The notes: generated by a model from the sequence alone, not told the origin. Positions 10,784-24,923 are shown, counted from the stretch's first letter. The stretch: 64,000 nucleotides of DNA from Cystobasidiomycetes sp. EMM_F5 (GCA_051047955.1 JBPGPT010000018.1:186001-250000); one strand, 5' to 3'. Translations and numbers: made by a program.

Positions 10784-12609
10784 ATGATGATATCTGGACG
10801 ACGACATGCTCCGTCTACGTATGGCGCCGTAGGACTCGCGTTGGCTGTGATGGCAGTCTCCGCCACCGGGGTCACGTTTACACCGAAAACGAATGTCATC
10901 CCCATAACTTCGAACAGCCTTCCTCTGACCGACCCCAGCGGACAAGTCATCCTTGATAACGTTTTAAAGACGATTGACTACACAAAGGCGAAGTATACCG
11001 CTTCACTTTTGGCCTACCAAGAGAACACCGGCCAGCCCTTCCCAGGAACAAAGTGGATCTCACCGAAATTCACAGCATATCCCAGCTTCACCCCGTCGAA
11101 GCGCCAGAAACTTACTCTCTCACCGCAATCTGGTGCTTCATGTAAGGAATGCTATACATATATTCGATATATCAACCTGAACTCACAGAGTTCTCCCAAA
11201 CGATAGTCTGGACCGGCAACGTGACCGTTGGCACGCAGCAATTTCGCGTCGACTTTGACACTGGTTCGGCTGTAAGCTATCATCTTGCAGCAGTTGAATA
11301 CCCAATACTCAATTATATTTTTTATGGAAACGGTATCTGCAGGATCTATGGATACCCAACATCAATTGCACGTCGACCGCTTGTACGACAAAATCCAGAT
11401 ATAACGACAGTATGAGCAAGTCGACGAGTAGGCTTGTTCCTGGGCAGCAGTTCTCCATTAGATATGTGGATGGATCTGGGACGAGCGGTCCGGTCTTTAC
11501 AGATACAGGTTTGTGACACAAGAGCTCATTTAGCTTATAGTGACCGGTTGGCTTACTTATGATTACAGTCAGCGTCGCTGGAATCGCATCGTCAACCCAA
11601 TATTTCTCTCCAGTAACTTACATGAAAACCACGCTCGACAACGACCCGGTTGTAAGTTACGGCCTTCAATGGCTGATCATGACGCTGAAAAGTGTACACC
11701 AACAGGACGGCATTCTAGGCCTGGGCTATCAAAGTCTGAGCAGCATCAGACAGAAGCCAGTATTTGTAAACGTGAGCCGTCCCTCTGTGATGAGACGAAT
11801 TCAGCCGACACCTGTTGCGATAAACGTTAGGCCTGGTCAACGAGCAGTACCACAAACACCAAGATATTCTCACCGAACAAGCAATTGAAGAACAACTATT
11901 TTGCGTTCGCGCTGAGCGCAGATGTGACCGGAGGCTCCGAACTGTGCTGGGGATGCGTTAATTCGGACAAATATTCCGGTAACATCAGCTGGTATCCCGT
12001 GACTCAGAGGGCCTACTGGACCATCGGATCTGCAACTGCTTATGCGAATGGCAAAGCGACAGGTGCTATGGGTCTGAGCACCATCATCGACACCGGCACA
12101 ACTCTGATTTATGCAGTACGGCAACCTCTCTGTGTCATTTTCAATCGTAGCTGACCTTTTCTGATATCCATAGCCAAATTCGACAGTAGCAGCCATGTTT
12201 GCATCAGTGACTGGTGTCAAGTACTACACCAATGGCTTCTGGACTTTTGCATGCAATTCGCTCCCTACAATTGGCTTCTCATGGTCGAACGGATCTCCAT
12301 TTACGATTCCTGCGAGAAGTCTGAGCTTAGGATGCATGGATGTGACGTGTCAGAGATGCTTGTCGGCTATCATTGGCCAACCTCTAGCTGGTAATTCTCT
12401 TCTCGTCGGAGATTTATTCTTGAAGGTACATTCCGTCTCTCACACGGAGCCCCTACTTCAGCAAGCTGACCACGTCCCAATTCCTGCTTTCTCAGAACGT
12501 ATACTCTGTCTATAACTTCGGCAATAACACAGTCGGTTTTGCTAATTTGCCCACGGCACCGAAGCTCCTCTCTGTGCCAAACGTTTTTTCAGGAAAGCCA
12601 TCCTTGTGA
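10784..12609 (+). CDS. Secreted pepsin-like (A1) aspartic protease; multi-exon
   Basis: Hydrophobic signal-like N-terminus; both catalytic motifs VDFDTGSA and IIDTGTTL; DGILGLGY; LLVGDLFLK; final exon NNTVGFA..PSL* (TGA 12607-12609). Confidence 0.93.
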
Positions 12610-12820
12610 ATATTGGCAGAAGGGTATTGTCATGCCACACTCCATGCGCGAAGCTCAACATGGTGAAACGAGTTGTTGCAGATATGCTGCATTACTAGGT
12701 ACTAGATGATGTTTTATTACGGTAAGCTGCATTACTAGGCTCCTTGACTACCGCAAAAGCAGACGAAGTTTGTAGGTTGTATAGCATAAGTGAATGTGAA
12801 TACTGTTCTCGTTTTCAAAA

Positions 12821-15264
12821 TCAAAGATATGTCGTCCTCTTGCTCGCCGTGACGCGCTTGCTCATGGGACCGCCCGCACGATCAATCGCCTCAAAGTCTG
12901 GCATATTCGCAGTCTTGTTCTTCTGTTGATTTCGCTTTTTGCGTTGCCACTCAGCATCGTCCGGTCCGTGATCGTCAGAAGTCACCCGCTCGATATGCGA
13001 ATGACCTCCTCCCTTCTTCTCCTTCTGGGACTCATTCTCTTCCGCCTCTCTTTCCTCAGCGATCCGAGCGGCGAATTTGGAAGCTTTGCGGATGCGCTCG
13101 CCGTTTCTGTAGAAGTATATGATGGGGCTAACGACCAGAATTGACACCATTGCCAGGAAGAAGGAAGCCCATTGGTATGGGTTGCTCTTGCTAATGTTCT
13201 CGTAGACTGTCAGTAGAAATGAGTTGACAATGCGTAAGTTTGCTCAATCGTTTCGAGACAAGTCGCTGGGAAATTGCTACTCACGGGGAACTGAATACAG
13301 CGCAGCGATGCCTGACAGAAAATCTCGAGCGAAATCGTTTCCGCCGGTGGCCGAAGCAGCGTAAACTGATGCGCTATTAGCTCAAGTGCTGTCTCACCTG
13401 CTTTTGATCGAACCTACCTCCGTATGATGCGATAGTGTATTCTATGGACGACTGATAAATAGAGTAGCTGAAGAATCTCGTTTAGTCAGCGTTTGTGCTA
13501 CGTCTCAGGCATAACAACGCACTTTGCGATGCCAACCAGGGCCGTCCCAATCATTGGCGCTATGTACGGGATACCCTTCTCTGGTCCATAGGACGTCCAA
13601 GCGAAAATCATCAAACCAATCGGCTCGAACCAAATGACGAAAAGTACTGGAGATTGTGCTTAATAGTGTGGAGGAGAAGTGTTGGTCGGCTAACTCACAC
13701 CACCACAACCTCTTCTCCGGCAGAACTGACTTTGAACCGAATCGTTTACGTTTCTGTCGAAGGTTATGTATAAACGGAAGGAAAGATAGATATGCTATGA
13801 AATAGCCGGCCAGCAACCTGATTAGGAGGGAATTCAGCGTTCCTGCAAGACCAACTTCTTCCGGTTTTCGCACGCACGGTAAGAACGCCAAGCTGACTTG
13901 ATATGGCGAGAAGTTGTATTGCTTATATACCAGGGAGAAGCTCTAGTGACGCACACCAATTGAAGTAAGTCTCAAAGGCCCTTGCTGGATTATACGAGAA
14001 CTCGCCTGAAGGAAGATGAAAATGAGATTGTCCGAAAAGCCAGAGACTGCTGACAACCATGCGACAATAGGCTCGGTCCATAGCATCTGGAAGGATCTGA
14101 AAAAGAGTGTCCAAAACTCCTTGCTAGACAGACCGCTGTTGACTTCGTTTGGACCGTAGACTTCTTCTCCCTCTTCACGTCTCTTCTTTGCTTCTCGATC
14201 TAGGATGATTGTCGAGCGGGTTTCGGGCACACAGAAGAAGTGGATGAGCTGCATCAATCCGCCGAATGCCAATTGTGTCCAGAAGATCCAGATCTGGTAC
14301 ATCATACGAATGTTTAGTATCCCTGAAGTAAGCACCCGCCGTCTACTCACCAAAGGCGCAAACTCTTCCAGAAAGCCACCCACTACCGCACCAACGACGC
14401 TTCCGCCCACCGAGCTGAGCACCAAGAAGGCCACTGCGTACTCTTGATCATCCGGCAGCCACATATCTGCAATAACGCCGAGTGTGACAGATCCTCCAGC
14501 CGTGCTCAAGCCGCCCAGACCTCGACAGACCACAAGAGTAGCATAATTCGGTGCAAGCGCACACGGAATCTGCCAGATATTTACGAGGAGGAGTGAGAGT
14601 TGCCTATGTGTACAGTCATGTTCAGCGATCAGAACGAACGATCCGGGCATGCGGTACGTACTGCACTCCCCATCTTCCCTTCTCTTCACTCCAGGGGGCC
14701 CAAAGTTGACAGCCAAGTGCGTAGAATACCAAGAATGTTAATTGTGGAACTCGAGCAGCTTGCTCGCTGACGCCAAACTTTGGAGCAATCTTGGACTGTA
14801 TGTCATGGCAATTAGCGCGGTTATTCGCCATTATTATGTTTCGGATTTTTTTGACTTACAACGCCGTTCGCATAGAGTGAAGCGTTGAGGTTAATCGAGA
14901 TCTGGATGAAAAACATTACTGTGAGGATTGCCCATTTCTTGTAGCTGGGGTGTGATGATTCCGAAAGGGTAACATGAGGTAATTTGTGGAGAATGACTGA
15001 TACGTCAGCAAGGCGACATGGAATCTAGCTTTGCTAATTCCCTCACGTCGGATAAGAATATCCCAGCTTGTCCCAAGCATCCTTTTCCCTCAGTTCTTTC
15101 TTTCCCTGGCTGCTTCCAGCGATATTGACGGCGCTCAGGCCCGAGGCGTCTGCCTCATGACGGTGTCGTCTATTGTTCTTCTCGCCATCTGCAGAGTCTG
15201 TTGACCGAAGCTTTTGTAGGGCGGACTTCTGGCTGAAGCTCGCGAGCCAGTTGCGAGCTTCCAT
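12821..15264 (-). CDS. MFS transporter, DHA1-like (drug/polyamine:H+ antiporter); multi-exon
   Basis: LWAPWSEEKGR, RGLGGLSTAGGSVTLGVIADMW, VPETRSTIIL, LWTEPIV, C-terminal FYRNGERIRKASKFA; many hydrophobic segments. Confidence 0.9.
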
Positions 15265-15650
15265 GACTTTAATTGCAGCCGGTCTATAGTGCGAATCGAC
15301 TGAAATCCAAGATGGTCGAATCCTGAACTGGACAGATGTAAAGGTAAAGAAATGAAAGCCTTCTTTTATAACAGTTGTTGTCTGCCAGCCTCTTTGCGCG
15401 TTAATTCAATTTCTTTCCCCAGACTGGCCACCCCCGCCACACGTCCAATGCCGTCATCGGGGCAAGGCGGCCGAGCTGTACAGTCGACGAGAACAGTCAG
15501 ATTGGCAACAATGGACAACGACGATGACTGCACATACAATAGTCTGAGGGTATACATAGTCTACAGAGTGCTCAATACAGGTTTCGGAGCGCGAATCGGC
15601 AAAGAGAAGGAAAACTCCCTCTCACTGCGCCCCGACTGTGCTATCCTGCA

Positions 15651-16833
15651 TCATAATCGCTTCAAACCCCGCTTCTTCTGAGGATTTGAGGAAACTCCAG
15701 TCCCCGTCAAGGCAGCTTGAGGTTTGGGGCGTATGGCATTGTTCCCGCTGGTGTGGCTGGCCAGGCCGAGAACCGTACTTGGCTGATGTAAAGAGGGCTG
15801 TGCATAGAACTGCTGACCGGACGCTGGGGTAGTAGCAGAGGTCGAAGATGTTGGCGCAGATCGCTTTTTTGGAATGACAGTTGTAGCTTGATTTGCGGAA
15901 TGGTGCGGCTTTTCTGGATAATCGACTGCCATCGCAACATCAACCGGGCTGTGATTAGATTGCAGAGCAATCACAGGTGTGAGAGATGTCGCCAGAGATC
16001 GGGCGGTTGGGACAGACTGGACAGCCGTAGGGACGGTTTGCTGATAAGAGGAAGACGCTTCGGACGAAGAGGGCACGTCAAACTCTGCGGGTCGATGCCG
16101 GGCGTGCACATCCGTCATGAGACGTGCATGTCGGGCATAGTCATCGTACGCTTCCAATAGCAGCTTGCCTGCTTCTTCGTGTAGCGCAGACTCTGGGTTT
16201 GGGTGAATGAGGAGGCACTTGACAGTGATTAGGATATGGCCAACGCCGTACTCCTTCTTCCAGTCCTTCTTCAATGTAGACACGCATATTTCGCCTGTAG
16301 CTGGCGCTACATTTGGGTGAAAGATCTTTGTTGCAAACGAGCCTGCGGAAATAAGCGGGTGAAATTTATGTGGGCTCATAGGGTAACTCGAGAGCGGCAG
16401 TCACCCACATTTAGGAGGAGCATTGGGGAAGTCTGATCCGAACTGGAAGCGTATCTTGAAGTAACCGTCTGCAACATGAGTTTGCTAATCAGCGACAAAT
16501 ACAACGCGACCAGGACGCTGGGACTGCAGCAGTGATTCCAGCTTACTCTCGTACGGCGTGTGAGCTTATCGACACAACCGGGCACCCCAAAGTCAGCTTT
16601 CGAAATCGATAAACAATTATAAGGCTGCACAACTCACGCGGCCCTTGGATCCAGCCAGAGATGGACGATATATCCGACTCGTCCACCGACACCCGCACCC
16701 CCTCTGGCGGTGACTGCTGCAGCTGCGCCAGCTCCCGGTGCAGCCGCTTGTACGCTGATCCAGACAGCGCGGCCTTTTGAATTCCAGTCAACAAGCCGTC
16801 AGATGGGCTGCTGAATGGCTGATTGTTCATCAT
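15651..16833 (-). CDS. UBE2S: Ubiquitin-conjugating enzyme E2, UBE2S-like
   Basis: [24 protein letters not shown] (catalytic Cys), [14 protein letters not shown], basic C-terminus KKRGLKRL typical of UBE2S. Confidence 0.88.
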
Positions 16834-17520
16834 AAACTGACCATGGTGTCGATATCACTGATGCGATTAAATATGCACTGACGGGCTGACTGCTGAGGTT
16901 GGTCTGTTGGAGAGCTGACGGATTGTTAAGGTCAGGCAGGGCAAAAAGGGTGGCAACGGTCAACAACATGAGCTGGATGGGCTAACGTGTGCGGACTACG
17001 TTTAGAACTCATAGCAAATCTGCTCGTCTTGCTGGTGTTCCATCCGGCTTCGTTTGACGACCTTTGCAGACTTTGAGCCGCACATTCAGGTCTCGATGCA
17101 GCGAGCCAATGCTCTCGCAACGACACAGACGCTGGTGTATCCCGCACCTTATCGTTCCATCCATGTCAGTCATCCCTACCCTTCCAAAGCAGTTGCGCTG
17201 TCATTTTGATGTTTAAACACTGACAGCTGTCAAACGAGCCGCAAGCCTAGCTAACCTTAATGTGAATGCAGGTCGTGTAGCCAAATCGTGGCTCGAACAG
17301 AGTGTGAAGCCTGTCAGACCAGCCATGACATGGACAACGCTAACCGACAGGGAAGGGTGACAGACCGATAAGGGAGACAAGGCTAGTCTTAGCCGAACAG
17401 ATTACAATAGTGTCACGCTCATAATGAGATGCTTCTTCTCTTCTCAAACAATCATCATTTCTGCTCTCGCATCCATCCCAACGAACTCCGTAATAGCTAC
17501 CCTCCCGACTATAGCTGACT

Positions 17521-18292
17521 ATGACTATTATCGTACCATCGTCACAAACGCCTTCCCCCTTCTTCTCTGGACGCAGAGAAGCGTACTCTCGAGCATCATC
17601 GTCCACCTACCTGCAATTACTGATGAGCGAAGCCAAAGCATACTTTTCACACCCCTCCTGGCAATGGCATTCGCAGAGCTGGTGTCTGCCCGTTGCGACC
17701 TTCAGCAAGTCTGGCCGATTCGATGGTGCACTCACCCAAGATCAGGCTCTGAAAGTGGTTGTATATCTGGAGGCGGAAGCTATGGTCGTAGAAGACGGTT
17801 CTGTATCCTTTCATCGCGTGAGTTTCCTCGATGCTGCATGGCTCAGCTAAGCAAAAGGTGCTCATGCAGAAATTACAGAGCCTTGCTCGCTCAGAGCACC
17901 TATGCGAAGACTTTGCAAACTTCGTCAAGCAATTGCTAAACCACGAGATGCACCATACGTATGCTCACACCCCTCACGACATGAAGGTTCTGTTGCGCGG
18001 GGCGAAACGAGCAATCTGCAATTCAACCTCAGTTGCAAGCGGGTCAATGTACAATGCTATCAAGCTATACGGGCACAATGTCCGATTTCACGTTTTGGCG
18101 GAGCTATTGCTTGAAGATCCTCGACTAAGACAAGAATTGAGCGACAGTAGCGGATCTGGCCGTGGCGCCCAGGAGAGCAGATTAGGTATTTGGGCTTGTC
18201 TCAAGGAACGCTATCGAGCGTGGGTGGAAGGCGAATGGGAGCCTTTCGAAGAATGCAAAGAATGGCTAGACAGGTCCCACCGTTTTATCTGA
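17521..18292 (+). CDS. Hypothetical protein (~243 aa, 2 exons)
   Basis: A phase-0 40-nt intron 17818-17857 (GTGAGT..CTAAG..AAG) joins ORFs 17521 and 17831 in frame. Confidence 0.55.
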
Positions 18293-18437
18293 AACATCAA
18301 ACTCCCCATTGACAGGTCGTCAAGACTATACGACTGTTATTCCATTCTGTTATGCTATAGACAAAACGTACAAGTGCCACCAATGAGTCGGCTATTTGTC
18401 TTCAAGGACGATATACTGTTACAGCGAGGTGTTTACT

Positions 18438-20983
18438 TTACACATCCTCGGCAGATGCTCTGAGCATCTCATACCCTCCCGAGCCTCGTTTTCTCGCAGC
18501 TTGAGCTTGCGACTCGCTCCTCTTCCTTTGCGCAATGACTGTCCTGAAGCCCTCAGGCGGAATGTCGTAGAGGTTTTCATAGTCGACACCGAGTGTCCGG
18601 CCTCTTGACCAAAAGTCGGTACAATTTCTCATAAGGCCTGTGTCGAACGGATTACCGCCTCCACCCTTCTCTGCAGCTCGTGCCATCCCCTCTGCTCCTT
18701 TGCCTTTTGTATAGAGATCCAACCCGACAATTGCGAGAAGGGTACTCGGCAAAAAACGATTACATAACCTCGCACAGACTTTCAGCGGGTTATGCGAGTG
18801 GACGTGCGAAGAGCTTGAGCCGTGCTTGCAGGAATTGCCATGCACATGTCCGGCGCGTCCGTGGCCAGGATCTGTGCCGCCAATGCCATCAGGATTAGGA
18901 GTCTGGCTTCCAGATGGAGACCCAGCGTCTATACCATGCGAATGAGCGTGATTCGCCATATGACCCTCTTGTAACGCTGTGGATAGCCCTCGTGTTCCCA
19001 TGTGCCCGTACCGTCCGAGGTTTGACAATTCATACGTCGTAATGTTCTTTGTGATTTGATAAATGTGTGATCCGATGACGAGTGTCGTCCAGGTGATCTG
19101 TATTGTCGCCCAGAGCGTAACTACAAATATTCGGGTATCAAAGTGAGACGCAGCACAGATGGAGGTAGGAAAGAGGCAGGTTGGGTTCACGAGGCCTTCC
19201 TCGCCATACGGTGTGCTTGTCGACAAGTCTGAAGAAATGGAATCAGTCTGAGCAACGCAGTCAGACCACAGTCAACACGTACAGACGAAGGCAAGGTAAT
19301 CAAACGACAGGATTCCCGTAATGAGCGTACCAACAAAACAGACAAACTGGCGATGGTTGTTGACACCGACGCAGTTCCATATCCAGGGACAATGGCTGGA
19401 GATTCAGTGCCATTTAGCAACCACGATCCGATAAGCCAGAGAAGGACTCACTGATCGAATCGCGCAACGCAGCGGTTACAATGCCTACAATGCCTACTGC
19501 GTAGCGGTTGACGATTCATACAAGGCAAGCAGAAATGCTGGCCATTCATCTTGCTTCGATTCGTGAGGTCCTCCACGACCTCTCTTACTTCAACCGCACT
19601 CGCAGGCGGTCTGATGTATCCAGGATCCATCGTTACCGAACGAAAGAGATTGTATGCACACAACAAGCACGAAGCGGCAAAAAAGAGGTTGGCATAGGCG
19701 TATCCTGGCGTGTTTGTGACGAGGGTCGTCAACCAAGCGTACCCTACCCAGAATATGCTCGTCGACAACAGAGCTACGAGATATGGCGATTTCTGCAGAG
19801 CGTCACCGGCCTTTGTTCCGCCCAGCCCTGGTTTGGCATCGAGTAATACTCTGGTAATGACGTGGTGCATTCCGTACGCCTCTGCGGCAGATAAGACGAG
19901 CCCAGTATGCCAAGGAAGTGTAGAGAGTGTAGTGAGTATGAGGTAGCTTGTGAGAAGGGGAGCAAGAAAGATGGCTAGTCTGGTATTCTTCTCGTTGAGG
20001 GGCTTCTTGCGCTTGCTGCCGTCGACTTCTCGTCCGATTGACTCCATTGCGCGTTGCCATGCGGTTATACTGTGTTGTCGCCTCGCTAGATCGACGGGAC
20101 TCATCTGAGCTGCATTCTTCTTGAGACAGTCTCCGCCTGCATCTACTATTTTGGCAATACACCCGACCGAGCCCTTGACTGCTGCCCAGTGTACGGCCGT
20201 CAGTCCAGACGAGTCGGCCTTGTTTGGATCAGCCCCAGCTTTGAGGAGGAGTGCGACGGACAGTTGGTCCCCCTGGTATGCAGCCCATTGTAGCGACGTC
20301 TGGCCGGCGCTGTCCTCGCTGTCTACGGTGATTGGCAACTGTTGGGACAGTAGGTATGCCACGAGCATGGGGGAATGGCTGTGAACTGCGAGGTGGAGTG
20401 CATTGAAGCCCTGCCCGTCGGTGAGTGCTGGATCTGCTCCGTGCAGTATGAGAACGTGGGCTATGTATGTATTGCCACTTCTGTTGCGGAACCGGGGCAC
20501 AATACGAATAGCGAATACAAGACATCGTCAGCCATCATCAGCACATTACTAACTTTGACTCGTATTGCTCAAGACTCACCTGCTCCCCCAGTGCAGCGGA
20601 GTCGCCAGTAATTGCCCGCCGAGCGCGTCCACCTCTGCTCCCCGTTCGAGGAGCGCTCTGCACACGTCGACGTGCATGTTCATCGCAGCCCAGTGCAGCG
20701 CCGTTATTCCCTCGCCGTCCGTCTCTGTCGCCAGTGCCTCGCCCGCGTCGAGCATTGCGCGTATCCTGGCCAGGTCGCCCTGCTGGGCCAGGGTATGGAT
20801 GAGGGGTGGAGGTGGTGTTTGAATAGCGGTGGACAGTGATATGGCTCCATCGTTGATGTCTGGTTGTTGCGTTGTTGTTGTTGTTGATGTCGACAATGGA
20901 TCCATGTTGGCGTCTAATGGCTCCAATCCAGCACTCGACGACAACGACAAAGCCATCCCTGTGCTGTCTGTGTTGTTGCTCAT
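18438..20983 (-). CDS. AKR1: Palmitoyltransferase Akr1 (ankyrin repeats + DHHC domain)
   Basis: Ankyrin repeats ([44 protein letters not shown]); [30 protein letters not shown], with DHHC split by an intron; NITTYE, NPFDTG. Confidence 0.95.
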
Positions 20984-21108
20984 CGTCGCAGTCTCAGCTC
21001 AGCATGGCAGTCTCCGAGTTGGTGCAGAGTAAACATGCACCGCAAAGACAATAAACATTACGCGTAAACGTGTTGACGTTAATCCCGTCCTTGATGATGC
21101 CAACAACA

Positions 21109-21157
21109 TGCGTGTACTGCGTGTACTGCGTGTACTGCGTGTACTGCGTGCACTGCG
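21109..21157. repeat. 9-bp tandem repeat (TGCGTGTAC)x4 + TGCGTGCAC + TGCG
   Basis: Read directly; lies ~125 bp upstream of the AKR1 ATG. Confidence 0.95.
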
Positions 21158-21252
21158 ACTCCCAGCAAATCTGCAATAATTACCCCGTCGTCAAATACCG
21201 TATACACTGCTCTTCGTAGTCGTCGCATTGGATGCCTCGTCCCAGTCGTTGA

Positions 21253-23373
21253 TTAGTAGAACTGCTGGTTTGGATTGAAAGCCTGCTGCTGTTGGGAATA
21301 CCCGTTTGCAGGAAAGGAGCCCATCTGCTGCTGCGGAGGCGGAGACATGGAGCCTTGAAGGGAATACTGCGGACCATTGTTGCCGGGCATCTGCATCTGG
21401 GGCTGCATTCCCATTCCCATTCCCATTCCAGCCATCGGATCCAGCTGCTGCATCCCGTTCATCGGAAATCCCATCTGTTGCATTCCCATCCCCATCCCCA
21501 TTGGCGCTCCCATACCCATTCCCATACTCGCCATGTTGCCCATTCCCATCCCACTCATTCCCATGGGCATCTGCATTCCCATTCCCATAGCGGCCATCAT
21601 CATTGCCTGTTGCTGTTGCTGCTGCTGCTGGAGCAACATTGCCTGTTGCTGCTGCTGCTGCATCATCTCCATACGCTGGCGTTCCTGCAACTCCATCTGC
21701 GTGCGCATATACACACTCTGCTGAAACTGCTGCTGCAGTCGCTCAAACTCCAACGTCTGGCTCGCAGACGGGATACCAGCTCGATTCGTATGCCGACCGA
21801 TACCTTGTGGATTGCTCTTGACGCCAGGTGGAAAGCTGTTATTTGCGGCTGCACTCGCACTTCTGCTTGTACTGCCCGGCGATCTGGGACGCAAGGAGTC
21901 TACCTCGGCCGTCGTGGGTACGAGATTGGACCCTTGCGAGACTGCAAAGTGGGCATCGAAAGCAGCTTTATCGTATGCTTGAGCTGGTACACTTCCCTCT
22001 CCGTCTGGCACTGATGCCTCTCCTACTTCGATGCCGACAGTCAGCCAACCAGGTCGCAGGTTTTTCCTGTTGCCAAACAATTCTATTCGCCGTGCGCCCA
22101 TACAGAAGTTTTCGATGAGGTTGTACAGTTCGGGCGGTTTGTGCATAGGGTCTGTCGATAGTATACTCTGCTCAGCATTGTTTCTGAGCTTACGCTATCG
22201 TAAAGTCGACGAACCGTCCTCGTCTCCTTCCCAAACAATCACGTCCGTGTCCACGTTACAATGCACGAAATGGCCGTCCGTACTTCGACGCACTGTTCCC
22301 CGTATTCCCATCAAGCAGTGTTCTTTCGTATGTGTAAGCAAGGTATTAGTAGGCGGTTCATGCTACACGTCAAACATTTCAGCTGGTCAGACGTGCGAGT
22401 AGAGTAATGGACAAGCACACCTCCAAGCCAGGTTTCCTTTGATTCGTCTTGAGCCATACGATATCCTCGCAGCGTCTGTATCCCCACTTTGCGAGTATTT
22501 CTCTCCCTCGATCCAAGCCAGAAATGCCATTCTCGTCCGCTTTCCCACTTCCGACCCATAGCCATATAAAGCCAGGACTCGAAGCGAGTTGCGGGATAGG
22601 CAGTGTTGCAACATCATCCCACGTCCAGAAGTGCTTGCCGTCTTTTGTTGGCGGTTCTCGAAACCTGCCAGGATGGGTTTTGACGTATTCTTCGAGCGGA
22701 GGATCGATGAGTATGCAGTCGAACTTGGTGGGCGAGAATGTAGTGGATGTTAGTTCGCTGAGATCCATCTGGAGGTATATAGGAGGATGTGCGTGCTGGT
22801 AGACGAGGTCAGAGTGAAGTGCCAGCAATTTGGCCAGTTTAGGGTATCTTGCCGTGCATGTCAGCCTGAGAATCATCACCAACATACTGCACCACAAGAT
22901 AGCGCTCACTCGCTGAATCGTTCTCGCAGCTCTGTCCCTTGCAGGAGATTCTGCGGTCGTCTTCCAGTGTTTAGGTATGCCATTCCGAGGTCATTTCGCA
23001 ACGATTCTTCTTCGGGGCTGTATACGCTGCCATACGCGATGCCCTTTAGTTCCTTCTTGGGCTTATCTGCCTCTTTATCGTTTGCGACTTCGCTCGACCT
23101 TCTGGAAACTGGATATCCGCTGCTCGCGCTGCTGCTCCCTCCAGCGCTGTCCCTTCGAGTACTGCTCCCAGCCAAGTGCGCATATCCCATTGTCGCCAGC
23201 TCGTCGTGCCTCATCCTCCGCCGGTCTTGGATATCCGTCATGACGGCCTCGTGTCGCCCATTGGCACCTGATACTCCTGGCCGCGCTGGCAGGCCATTGT
23301 GATATTGCTGATATTGCTGCTGCTGCTGCTGCTGTCGTCGAGGTGCTCCATGCTGCTGCCGGTCCTTTTGCAT
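21253..23373 (-). CDS. METTL14: MT-A70 family m6A writer subunit, METTL14/Kar4-like; 5' end uncertain
   Basis: [95 protein letters not shown]. Confidence 0.9.
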
Positions 23374-23688
23374 CGCATTGTTCTGGTCGGAAGGCAACGA
23401 GCAACATGATGCAATGCGAAAGAATTAACAAAGGTCAAATCAACCCCGACGGGCAACTTGCATTCCCTCTCTCCTTCGTCGTCTATCGCAAAGTCTATGC
23501 AACGATGTGATGCGCTTCCGCGTCTTGTCCCTTGTATTCAGTCTATCCAGCATGGCCGACTTGCTTCTCAACAGCCATATGATGGACATGCCTTGACGGC
23601 TCGCTTGTGACTTGCGAGCCTGACTTGCAGTTGAGAGGGAGCCATCTTGCCGTTGTAAAGCCCCAACAAAGCCCCAATGCAGTTCCAC

Positions 23689-24923
23689 CTACTCGTCCAT
23701 ACTGTCGGCCGCCTTGATCTGTTCCCCTCTTGCCAATTTCGCCTTGCAGTGCTCCACATACTCATCAATCAGACTCGGCCACGCTGCGTCCAGGTCGTAC
23801 TTTTCAAACTTTGGGTCCGCCGTCCCTATAAACTCGACAAACTGGCGGTGCGATACCCACATCAGTACAGCGTCAAGTACGTATATAGACTGCTGCTCAC
23901 ATTCGACCACACATCTTTACTTATTGATCGCCCATTCTTTTCTGTCCGTAGAAAATCGAGCCACGCTCCGAGATACGCTTGCTGTTGTTCGGGGTTTTGA
24001 GGATGAAAGGCGGAATCACTTGCAAACATGCTCGGCGGAGCAGCCTGTAACAGTCCAGGCCATATCGCTGACGCCAAATCGAGGGCTGGAAAGGCATGAG
24101 CCCAAGTCTACGTCCGTGTACTGGCAACCCACATAGTGACTTTTGCGATTCTTCCTTTGCGTACGCAAAGCAAAACCCGTACACCTGTTTATAGTACTCC
24201 GGATCTTCCGACAGTTGCCTCTTGATCGATTGTATATGTGCCTTCTGTGTGTCGATGCTATCCTTTCTCACCCTCTTCCACCCGTCAATCCATGGTTTCC
24301 GGTCAAAGTAGCCCATCTTTGGTGCGTGCGTCAGTTCTGCCAGAGCAAAGAACACGACATCCTCTAGATCCAGCGATAGGTCTTTACAGTAGGCTGCTGT
24401 TGCGTCGAAATCCATCTGGTCTGCTCCTTTGCCTGTTTGCTTGTCGCCGTCAGACTGTGCGGTCTGCGATATCTAACACAATGTGCAGGCTACCTCCGTA
24501 ATGGTCAAACATTAGAGTGAGATTTGCTTGCGACTTGTCTGGCCCCGCATTCTTGCGATCTCTCGCTTCGGCATTGGACATTGCCAGGGCGTCATCGTAG
24601 TATGCGTCCTGTCGAACCAACACGCTCATCGATTTAGCCATGACGACCTCTCCGGAATCGTCGTTACTCACCACTGCCGCCATGAGCTGCCATCTTGCAA
24701 GTCCCGAGCGACATCAGTATGACCCCATCATATCGACATTGCCAACACGCTGCCCGCACTTTGCCGTCTTGAGCAATCTTCTCGCGTCTGGCTCGAGCGC
24801 CCTCGTAATGTCAATGTGCTGCCTCACGAGCCCTTCCTGCGCGCTCTTGGACAGCTTGGACTGCAACAGTATTGGCCATGTCAGCCGATATTAGTATCGA
24901 AGTGCTGGATGGCAGTGTACCAT
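23689..24923 (-). CDS. DCN1: Defective in cullin neddylation protein 1 (UBA-like + PONY domain); multi-exon
   Basis: YCKDLSLDLEDVV..APKMGYF..WIDGW, YYKQVYGFCFAYAKEESQKSL, SISKDVW, YDLDAAWPSLIDEYVEH; first exon is ATG alone, then SKLSKSAQ. Confidence 0.92.

Noticed and set aside
12686..12739. 14-bp direct repeat GCTGCATTACTAGG, 40 bp apart, between convergent genes
   Set aside because: Two copies only; probably a local slippage duplication, not a CRISPR array or transposon footprint.
21292..22014. His-rich and Cys/Ile-Pro-rich ORFs on the + strand ([16 protein letters not shown])
   Set aside because: They are antisense readings of the polyQ/(MG)n tail of METTL14, not metallothionein-like genes.
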